A stretch of 64,000 nt of DNA from Bugula neritina. Its lineage: Eukaryota; Animalia; Bryozoa. The notes beneath the pieces are model-generated. The model was not told the origin of the DNA, made no database searches, and worked only from the letters and a program-made list of their open reading frames with translations. The translations under genes and the position numbers were made by a program. Positions 26,501 to 38,500 of the stretch are shown here, one piece after another; positions within the stretch are counted from its first letter, which is position 1; every line of letters begins with the position of its first letter. Location: contig OZ037767.1 of the NCBI GenBank assembly GCA_964035545.1, forward strand, positions 16,300,581 to 16,364,580, in the 5' to 3' direction.

Positions 26501-29500
26501 AGAGCGCGATCAGGTACACGAATATGAACCCGTAACGGGAACGAATTTAAATTACCCCGGTGAAATTAGAATAGTTATTAATCAACAAGATTTGTACGTT
26601 CAGCCGAGTAAAAGTTATTTGATTATCGAAGGACGTTTAACGAAAAATGATGGAACCGCTTACGCCGACGCCGACTTAGTAACGTTAATTAATAACGGTA
26701 TGGCTTATTTGTTTAAAAGTATTAGATATCAACTCGACGGACACGACTTGGAATATATAAATAATCCCGGACACGCTTCGACCATGATGGGTTTATTAAC
26801 TTATCCCGACGACTACGGCAAGTCGAGAGGTCTTAACCAATTATGGTCAAAAGATACTACCGCAGCCGCTGCCGCCGCTAATTTAGGTTTTAACGCGCGT
26901 CAAATTTATATTATACAAAAGCCTGATCCTAAAGGTACTTTTAGTATTAAAGTGGATCTCAGACATTTGTTTGGGTTCGCTGACGATTATGAAAAAGTAT
27001 TATACGGTATAAAACATCAATTAACGCTAGTACGCGATACCAACGATAACGCTATATTTAGAGCTAACGGTGTAGACGCGGGAAAAATAACGTTGGATAA
27101 AGTATCGTGGTGGATGCCTCACGTAACGCCTAGTTTTGAAATGAAGCATAAACTCTATAAAATTATAGAAAGTAAGGCGCAGCTTCCCTTAATTTATAGA
27201 TCTAGATGGTGTGATAGTATCGCGGTGCCGCAAACTACAAACTTTACGTGGCGTTTGGGTTCTAGAGGAGATACCGAAAAACCTAAATATATTATTGTAG
27301 GTTTTCAAACGGATAAGGCTGAAAGTCAAACGACTAATCCGGCTGTATTCGATCACATTAACGTTAAAAGTATATACGCGATGCTAAATAGCGAGCGATA
27401 TCCCGAAGTTGATTATGATATAGATTTTGCTAAAATGAAGTTTAGTAGAGTGTACGGAGACGTTTCTAAATTTTGCGGAGAATATTACGGTATAAACGAA
27501 CTAATCGCTTATTCAAACGTATTACCTTCCGAATATAAAGATCTTTACGCTTTGTTCGTAATAGACGTTAGTAAGCAAAGCGAGGCTCTTAAAAGTAGCG
27601 TAGCCGATATTCAATTAAGAGTACAGTTTAGTCAAAATGTGCCGGCTAATACTCAAGCGTACGCATTAATTCTATCGGATAAAACTATGTCTCTCGGTTC
27701 CGATGGAAATAATTTAAAAGTTATATAAATGGAAAACAAATTATTAAGAGAAATTGCTGATAATACGGCCTCTAAACAAACAATGACTATAGGAGTTACC
27801 GATACTAAAACGAGAATAATTACTCAACTTAATCCGCCTATAGAGTTAAATAAAAATAAAAAATACGAAATGTGTCTTATTAGTTTAGATACGTTTTATT
27901 CTTTTCCAAACATTAGTACCGATAGAAATTCCTATAGATGGTCTAAAGACGGTGGTACTACGTGGCATTTAGTTTCGTTACCAGTCGGAGTGTACGAATT
28001 AGATCAACTAGAAGAAGCTATTCAAGACGAAATAGTAAAAGAGGGGGGTAATAGAAACGGTATTACTTTGCAAGCTAATAAAGTAACTTTTAGAATTATA
28101 CTTAAATTAAAACCTAATTATCGAGTAGATTTTAACGTTGAAAATTCTCTAAGAGACGTTTTAGGTTTTGACGCGGCGATATATGATCAACCATATATCG
28201 AAGCTACGAACATAGTAAATATTTTAAATATAAACGCTATACACGTACAAGTTGATTGTATTAACGGAAGCTATATCGATGGTACTTATAAACCCGTTAT
28301 TTATTCATTTTTTCCGAGCGTTAGTCCGGGGTATAAAATAATAGAAAAACCTCATAATTTAATATACTTACCCGTTCACGTTAAATATATTAAGACGTTA
28401 ACCGTTACGGTAACCGATCAAAAGGGTAATTTATTAGATCTTAGCGGCGAACAACTTTCAATAAGATTTCATTTAAGAGAAGTTTAACGTGTTATATAAA
28501 TGGGTTATTGCGAAATTATAGGAAATGTGCCACAGGCGCAAAAACAAAAAATAATGAACGCTTATAGAAGCGGTAAGGGTTGCGTTATTAAATTGCCTCT
28601 CGAAAGCGGAAACGATAAACTAGTCGTTACGAAAACGCAAAACGATAATATTTTAAAAGCGTTAAACGTGAATAAAAAAAATATAACGCTCGAAATGTCT
28701 CCGTCATTAGTAAAAACTAACGCGTCAATGAGCGGAGGATTTTTAGGAGCTCTATTAGGTATAGCCACGAGAGTAATACCTACGCTATTAAAAACTATTA
28801 TACCCGGCGTACTTTCGGGAGCCGCTAGCGCGGGAGTCGAAAGAGCTATTAAAGGTAAAGGTCTTTATTTAAAAAAAGGTGGATGCGTATGTTCCGTAGA
28901 ACCTAATTCAAACGGTTCTATTACTTTAAAACCAGTCGCGTCGTCTAATTTAATGAAGGGTAACGGTTTATATTTAAAACAAGGTTCTAGCTATATAAAA
29001 GGCGAAGGTTTAATTTTAGGTCCGAATAGTCCGTTTAAAAATATTCCTCTTTTAGGTATGCTGTTATAGTTTAAGAAAACATATATAAATGTCAACAGTA
29101 ATTATTTATAAAAGCCTCGACGGCACCCCAATTACCGAAACAATATATAAAACTTCCGAATACGAAAAACGAATGTACGAAAGCGGTGATTTAAAAGAAA
29201 TAATTATATATAAAAATTTTAATATATTAAACGAAATGACTAATCCGTCTAACGAACGAGGATTGTTTGAAGAACGCGTTTATACTAATAAAAGAGAAAT
29301 TATTTATAAAGAAGATGATGGAAAAATAAAAATAAAAACTATTTATAAAACTAAAGAAATAATTCAAGAACTTAATGTAGGTTTAATGAATTATGCGGCG
29401 GCTAGAATACCGTCATTTTTTACTAAACTAAAATACGCCGAAGACGAAATAGAAAAAAGAAGAAATGACGCTTTACATTAAAATATTATAGTTAAAGAAA

Positions 29501-32500
29501 ACATATATAAATATTAGCAGCCTATACGGATATTTTTGTATTGAACTCCCTTTTTTAATTAATTATAATATATAATTAATTAACAAACGTTACGAGCGAC
29601 TATTATATCGCTTTTTTTATCCGATATTACGTTATTAATATTTTTATATTTTTCGGTTATAGCGTCATACTCCTGTTCGTCTATATGAGAGTCGCTTAAA
29701 AATTTTGATAACATAGAATTAATTTCTAATTTTGAATCTTTTATAAAGGTATATATATCTAAATACATTAACGTAGATTTAATTAATTTAGTGTCTTGAG
29801 AAGAAATAGAAGTAGTAATTACACTCATTATACTTACAATTATAGATAATGGTAATAACGTTTGTTTAGTAACGTTAGCGTTTAATAACGCCGTAATAAT
29901 GACACCGCATATTAAATTCGTTGTACCGCATAATCCCGAAATTATTTTTAACGATTTTGATAACCAATTAAAACGATTAAGTTTTTGTTCGTATTCGTTT
30001 TCTAATTTAATAATTTCATCGTTTAAGAGTTCTAATTTTTCTCGTCGAAAATCCATTTATATAAAAAAATGATTTTTATTATTTTATTATTTTATAATAT
30101 GGATCTTACCGTTGAATTACTCGATAAACTAATAGCTGAAGCCGAACAAAAAAAATATACACCGTTACTCGAATATTTATATATACCAGTAATTAATAAT
30201 ATATCTCTTAAAGAAATTAATTTTAGAACGAGAAAACAAATTCCTAACATTAATAAATATTTTTATATAAAAAGTATTTTAAAACGCGAAGCTTATAAAC
30301 GAAAAGAAGAAAATAAAGACGTATAACAGCCCACGTTAGTTTCTCAGTATTATTACTTATTTTACATAAGTAATAATATTAAAAATTGATATTACTATTA
30401 AAGAATATATTATATAAATGGAGTTCAATACAAAAATTACCGTAAAAGCTTTAAAGGCTTTAGCTAAAGAAAGAGGATTAAAACGATATTCTCGATTAAA
30501 AAAAGCCGAACTTATACGGCTATTATCGCCTATGGACGAACCCGTTCCAAATATAGGACAAGCCCCGTTAATACCTACACCCGTAAAAAAAATTATGCGA
30601 GAAATATTTACACAAACTACGCGTAATATAAAAAAATGGGTTGTAAAGCCAATTATAAAAATTATAAATCCAATTAAGGATAAAATTATGGCTTTATATA
30701 ATCAACCTAAACTTAAAGAACAAGCCGCTAACGGTTGGTTTCAAACTTATGAAATTAAAGGTTTACCCGGATACGATATAAATTCATTTTGCAAATTAGT
30801 AAAACTAAACGTACTAAAATTATTAAAACCTACTATAAAAGTTAAAATATTTATATATTGCGAAATGAAAAAGCATAATATAAGTACCGGAGAAATTATT
30901 ATAGAAACTATGCCATTTACATCAAATGTTGAAATTATATTAGCTTCTACGAATATTAATGAAATATACGATGAAATAATTGAACGTATAAAAGAAAATT
31001 TTGCTTCATTAAACGCGAAAGGAAGTAGCTGGACGTTTAAAGCCATTAAAAAAATGGAAATTAATATTAATAAATATCAACCTCTTAACGGATCATCGTG
31101 GATTGATCTTCCAAAAGAAATTAAATTAAAGAAAGCCGTAATAAATCCAAAAAATAAAGACGATAAATGCTTTATGTGGGCCATTTTAATGGGAGTTTAT
31201 CCGGTTAATAAAAATGTTGAAAGAATTAGTAATTATAAAGAGCACGTTAATAAATTATTGTGGGAAGGAGTAGAATTTCCGGCTACGAAAGAATCCATCG
31301 ACGCTTTTGAAAAAGTTAATCCCTCAATAGGAATTAATGTATTTATGTGGGACAGTAAAACGATAAATTTATGGAGAAAAACTAGCAGTCAAAATAAAAT
31401 TATAAATTTACTTTATATAACTGATGGCAAAAAAAATCATTATACGTATATTAAAAATTTAAATAAATTACTCGGTTCGCAAATAAATAAACGCGTTAGC
31501 GCTAAACATATTTGCGTAAATTGTATGAATTCGTTTCGATCTAACGAATCATTAAAAAAGCATCAAGATTGGTGCTTAAGAAACGATAGCGTGACTACGA
31601 CATTTCCAAAATTAGAAGATAAAATAAAATTTCAGTCTAGTCATTATTGTCGTGGTATGAGAGTACCGTTTGTAGTATACGCGGACTTTGAATGTTTTAC
31701 AAAGCCTATACAAGGCTGTAATCCTAATTTTAAAGAAAGTTATACTAATCAATATCAACAACACGAACCGTCGGGTTTTGGATATTATATAGTAAGCGTT
31801 ACCGGCGAGTGTAATTATAGAAGTTATACTAAAGAAACCGAAGACGAAGATATTGGCGAACAATTTATAAGACTATTAGAATTTGACATTAAAAATATTT
31901 ATAAAAAACATAAATTCGCTAAAACTATGCAAATTAGAACTGACGAGCAAAAGTCTTTTGAGTTGGCCAAAATTTGTTATATATGCGAAAAAGAATTAGG
32001 CGATGACAAAGTAAGAGATCACTGTCACTTAACCGGAAATTATAGAGGAGCCGCGCATAAAAATTGTAATTTAAATTATAAAATTCCAAAATTTTATCCA
32101 ATATTTATTCATAACTTGTCGGGTTATGACGCCCACTTATTTATTAAAAATTTAGGCGGTGAACCTTCGTGTATACCTAATACCGAAGAAAAATATATAT
32201 CTTTTAGTAAAAAATTATTAGTAGACGAATTTACCAATAAAGAAGGTGAAAAAATTAAAGTTACGCGTGAAATTCGCTTTTTAGACTCGTATAAATTTAT
32301 GAGTTCTAGTTTAGCGAGTTTAGTGGCGAATTTAAAACGCGATGACTTTAAATACTTAGGTGAATATTATAAAAAAAAACAATTAAACTTGGTATTAAGA
32401 AAAGGAGTATTTCCGTATGACTATTTTAATAATCTAAGCGTGTTGAATGAAACGTCTTTACCACCTAAAGAAAAGTTTTATTCAAGCTTAACCGAGCAAA

Positions 32501-35500
32501 ATATTTCGGAAGAAGATTATATACGCGCTCAAAAAGTTTGGCGAGAATTTAATATGAGAACATTTAAAGAATATCACGATTTATATATGAAAGTTGATGT
32601 ATTACATTTAGCCGACGTTTTTGAAAACTTTAGAAACGTGTGTTTAAAATATTACAAATTAGATCCCGCTTGGTATTATACGGCCCCGGGTTTAAGTTGG
32701 GACGCTATGCTTAAAACTACTAAATTAGAACTAGACCCAATTACCGATGTTGACCAATTACTCTTCTTTGAAAAGGCTATTAGAGGCGGTGTAAGTATGA
32801 TCAGTCATAGATACGCTAAAGCCAATAATAAGTATATGAAAAATTATAACGCTAGCGAACCTAGCAGTTATATTACTTATTTAGACGCTAATAATTTATA
32901 CGGTTGGGCTATGTCCAAAAATTTACCCGTGGGTAATTTTAAGTGGATGACTGAAAAGCGATGTAAAAACTTGGAAAAAAGTTTAAATTTTCCGCCCAGC
33001 TTTTTAGAAGTAGATTTAGAATATTCTAAAAAATTACACGATTCGCATAAAGATTATCCATTTTGCCCCGAAAGGTTAACGATTAATAAAGTAGAAAAGT
33101 TAGTGCCAAACTTAAATAATAAAAAAAATTATATTATACATTACGAGGCGTTAAAACAATGCCTTATGTATGGCTTAAAATTAACAAAAATTCATAGAGG
33201 TATAACCTTTAATGAATCGAATAAGTTAAAAAAATATATAAAATTAAATACCGAACTAAGAACTTTAGCTCGAAGCGATTTTGAAAAAGATTTCTTTAAG
33301 CTAATGAATAATTCCGTGTTCGGTAAAACGATGGAAGATATTCGTAATAGAGTTAACGTTAAATTAGTTACTAGTGAAAGCGAAGCTAAAAAGTTTACTA
33401 ATCAACCAAACTTTAAAAGCTTCACTATATTTTCCGAAAATTTAATAGCCGTTCATATGAACGTAACTAAATTAAAGTTTAATAAACCGGTATATTTAGG
33501 AGCGGCTATATTAGATATAAGTAAAACTCTAATGTATGACTTCCATTACGAGTATATTAAACCAAAATACGGTAATAAGGCTCAGTTATTGTTTACGGAT
33601 ACCGATAGCTTAATGTATCACATAAAAACAGAAAATTTTTATAAGGATATATTACCAGACATTAAAAATAAATTCGATACGAGTAATTATCCTAACAATC
33701 ACTCGTTACCAACGGGTGTGAATAAAAAAGTAATAGGTATGTTTAAAGACGAAGCCGGTGGAAAACAAATTACTGAATTTGTAGGCCTAAGAGCTAAATT
33801 ATATTCTTACAAGATGGATGATATAGAAGAGAAAAAATGTAAGGGTATTAATAAAACAACTCGTGATAATCGCATAACATTTGATGATTATAAAAAGTGT
33901 TTATTAACGCGGCAAAATCAGCTTAGAACAATGAACGTGTTAAGAAGTCATAAGCATACGATGTACGCCGAGACTATAAATAAAGTAGCTCTGTCGGCCG
34001 AGGATGATAAGAGAATTATACTCGAAGACGGTATAACTACAGTCCCTTACGGTTATATAAATGATTAAAATAAAAAATATAAAATTACCGAATAAAGCTC
34101 TTTCAAATATTGAATTAGAGTTTACGATTAAAAAATTAAAAATTAAAAATTTTAGAGGAGTATTTTCAAGAAACGATTTACCCGATAAACCGCGTAAAAA
34201 AGAGTGCGGTATATTAAATTTAGACAATTTAATGGGTAACGGTACTCATTGGGTAGCTTGGTATAAAAATAACAATAAAAAATATTATTTTGATAGTTTC
34301 GGATTACATCCACCGCTAGAAATAATGAAATATTTAAAACCACCTATATTTTATAATACGGAACGAGTACAAGAATTCGGTACCGTTATATGCGGACACT
34401 TATGTTTATATTGGCTTAAAGAAATGTCTAAACACGAATCGCCTCAATTAATTATAAATAAATTACTTATATAAATGACTTCAGTATATATTTTTGGAAA
34501 TTCGGCTAAGGCCACTATAATAAATGAAAAACCGTATATTACAAAGATCATAATTCCGTCAGAATTTACGTATTATTCCGAAGGATTTGCTGCTACATTA
34601 GTTAAAGATTTTTTAGTCGATGAACCAATTGAAATAACAAATATATTAGTACAATTTTACGGTGAACAAGCTCATAATACTAAAGAACTTTATTGGACTG
34701 ATAAACGAATAGGCTTACACGTTAGAAATAGCGCTGAAATATTCGGTGGAGCCAATGAAAATACTTTTTATGATATAAGCGGTGGCGAACATAATCTTCC
34801 GTTTAGCGAAATAAACGCTAATAAAATTATTGAAGCTAATAAAAATTTTAAATTAACAATGGTGTTATCAAAAACTTATCCTAGTCATAAACCTAGCGAC
34901 GTAATTTTAACCAATACTCCCGCTAGTGAAATAACTGCCGCGGCGTTACCTTTTCATTACGTATTACTAAAACTTTATTATAATTATAAATGAATATCTA
35001 TAAATTTAGTAAAGTCAATATAACGACTAATAAAGCGTATATTACGAGTATTATACCTAAACACGAATTTTATTATTACGAAGATATTAATAGCTTTACG
35101 GTAGATTTAATTAATGATTATTTAGTTAATAAATCTATAGAAATAACGCACGCGTTAATACAATTTATAATGAAAGTTTGCCTAATAATAAAACGAAAGA
35201 ATTATATTGGACCAATAAAAAATTAGGTTTACATATTCGTGATAGCGTAAACCCATTTGATGAATCTAAAGAAAATTTATTTTATAGTATTAGCGGTGCC
35301 GAACATAATGTTCCGTATAATAAAATAAATATTAATAAAACCGTTAACGCTAATAATAATTTTTCATTTACAATAGCTCTTTCGAGTGATTATCCGAGTC
35401 ATAAACCCAATGACGTAATTCTTGTTAATACACCGAGTGAATTCGCTACTGATGCACTACCTTTTGATTACGTATATTTAAAACTTTATTATAATAGTTT

Positions 35501-38500
35501 AACTAATTAAACGCTGTTATATTTTATAAAATTTATTACTAATAGTAAAAAAAATTATTTATTCAACGCTTCTTTTTTTAAAAAAAATTAAAAAAAATAT
35601 TTATATTTTAAATTAATATTTACCCTAAAAAACATACAATTTCTAAGGCAAAATATTCTAAATTAATATAAAAAAACATTAATAAAATAATAGAGTAGTA
35701 GGTGAATGCGTCCTAGGACACCGGAAAGAGTTAAAAACTTGACTACTAAAATGTACAATTTTTAAAACTTAATAAAAAAACTAATAGAGTAGTAGAGGGT
35801 GGATGCGTCCTGGATCGCTCTTCTGACACTGGCGAGTCAAAGACTCGACAGGGGAAGAAGAGTGAGCCAGGACCATCCACCCTCTACTACTTTTCTTATA
35901 TCATGTCTCAAGATTAGTTACTAAACCAGTTCTGGTTTGTATGTAGAATATTATTGAAAAGAAATGTCAAGTCTGTGTGACTTTTTATACTAAACACACA
36001 GTTTCACAGTGCAGTGAGTCAACTATGACAGACTTGTTGGTGAAAATACAACCAACTAAACTGTTGACCTTTATTATACAGACTCACAGAGAGCTGATGG
36101 GAGATAGACATCAGTTTATTGACATTGAGGTTTACAGAGCTTCTCCCCAAAGATATACTATAACTGAATGTGAACATCATAAACAGGAACAGCTGACAGA
36201 AGTGTGTTCCAATTGTCACCAGATATTCTGTATGAGATGTGATATGAGGACTGGCTGTAAGGATAAAACAGGTATTTACTTGCTGTTTCTATTTTTGTAG
36301 AAAGAAACTGAGAAATATTACACGAACCTGTTATTGATTATTTTATCATTAAAATAAGTTATGTAACAGCAAAAGAGGCCGTAGGTTTTTCAGACTGAGT
36401 TGATATGAATATTGAAACTAGATCTTGTGAAAAAAAATTAAAAAAGACACGCTAACGGCTGGAGGTATTTGTCAGCAAATTTAGGTTTGTGTGAGACAGA
36501 AGTGCATAGTGCAGGAGTTTATATTCTCACTGTTATGTTGAATATTCAGTATATTTCATCCTTCAAGTGTCTGTTTCCTTGATAAGATGGCATAGACATA
36601 ACTTTAACTCACCAGTGTCCCGCCTTTTTCAAACCATTCCGCCTTTTTATAAGTGTTTTCTATGAAGTTTCCCCCTTTTAAGAAACACTATTTTATATTT
36701 ATAAAGAAAATCTGGGACAGGTTCTTTTCCCTAATAATTCTTTGAGTGTAAGAAAAGTCACTTAGTTTTTGACAACATGGAACAGTGTCTGCAACAACTT
36801 CAGTTATTAGCTTTGAAAGCATTGATGCTGCTATTAAAAGCTGTGAGTTGATGATTAAACTCATTCATTTTAGATTCAGATTTTTTAGTGGAGCAAATAT
36901 ATCTACTAGGTATGCAGTAAATTGTTTATAGGGATCAGTTTGACTGGCTGCAAAAAATTTCCTGTTGTTTTTTGCTTTAAAGAAACTTTTTAACCTCCAT
37001 TCGTAGCAAGAGGGGTAGCAGTTAGGGTAGAGTGAATATTAGACACATGTATATAGAAGTAAACTTAGATTATAGAGTGTAGTGTGGATAAATAAGTGAA
37101 CTAAATAAAACGAAGGTTTTATAGTCTAGTTATACATATACATGTAACTTAGAATACAAGGGAAGCGCTTAAAGAGCTGGAAAAAACTGTGTGAATTTTT
37201 TAAAAATCAAAACCCCTTTTAAGCCCAAATTCTACACACGGAGGAGCTCCCCTAAGGTTGGAGCTACTGCTTTAAATTTTTTAATTACATTATTCCAAGT
37301 GCAGTGAATAATGAGCTAACCATGTGACATCTTTCTAGAATGTCCCTTTGTGTAAATTAGTGCTAGAGAAAGGTCAGCTATGATCAACTCAGATAGCAAT
37401 ACTTGAGAGAGAGTCCAACTGTTTAGTAATTACATAGTATCTGTATAGTGATACATCATCAACCTGTAGTCGCAGATAGTAGGTGTACAATATCATATCT
37501 AAAAGTATATTACTTTTATTAATAGTGTGATTTTATGTATACAGAAGAGACAGTAGCATTCCATGACTTGGCATCTTTGGGTGATTTGTCTTGTGAGTTA
37601 CGAGAAAGTCTGACTGGTGGAATAGAGACTCTGTCTAAGAAAGTTGCAGAGTTGAATGACATCTCAAAGGATGCCTGGAAAGAACTGAGTAAAATAGAAG
37701 ATGAAGTGAAGAAGATGGTTGCCAGAGTAAACGCTGTAGCTGATGCTCAGGTATGCTGACATATGGTGATGTCATCTAATGTATTTCTGTTTGTCTGAAA
37801 TTAGATTTTGCATTTGGTCTTTCAGTTGTAATCAGAAATGAATTTCATTTGTCATTAAAATTAACTGGCCATTAAAGCATTATCATTCTGTGTGCAGGTA
37901 GCAGTAGTCATGCATTCATCACATGTTACTCAGTGCAGGTGAACCTGTCAATACAGATGACTCACTCATCCTTCTCCAACTGTCAATCACTCAAACAGGG
38001 AGGTTGGCTGTGTGAGTGATTGACAGGTGTCAGGAGGAGGAGACTAGTCACGTTATGTACTAACTTTCTGCTGTGTATTATGAAGTGTCATTGTATTCTT
38101 AGTGGGTGATTTGTCACTTTCATTTCAAGTGTAGAGGTTGTGAGGTTCAGAGGTGGTTATCCTGTGTTACTATTTATTAGATAGAAAAGATTAGAAAGAG
38201 AGCTACAAACCTGAGGCTAGAAATATATGGATATTTGAAGAGCTGCACACAGATAGTGGATAATTATAGAATTGAGCTGGCCTTGAGTAAGACAATGGGC
38301 AGACAGTCTCTGCTGGACACAGTACAACATGCAGTTGATAAGTTCAATGATGCAAGGATTGTGAGAGACTACAAAGAGATGAGTGGGAAGATGGAAAAGG
38401 CTACAGATCTTGGTGTAATAGAGAAGTGTGTACTTCCAGACAGCATTTTGGTACCAACATGTAGGTGGAGTCTATAAATAGTAACACTAACTATAAATAA

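Larger units (their letters stand above)
21519..35891. mobile_element. Polinton/Maverick endogenous virus, 14,373 bp, near intact
   Basis: AGTAGT...ACTACT termini; 6-bp TSD TTTCTT (21513-21518 and 35892-35897); 244-bp TIRs; full core gene set. Confidence 0.98.

Noticed and set aside
22309-34343. Antisense or overlapping short ORFs inside Polinton genes (22309, 28562, 30747, 31612, 33940, 34152)
   Set aside because: Shadows of real genes; no TAAATG start and no motifs.
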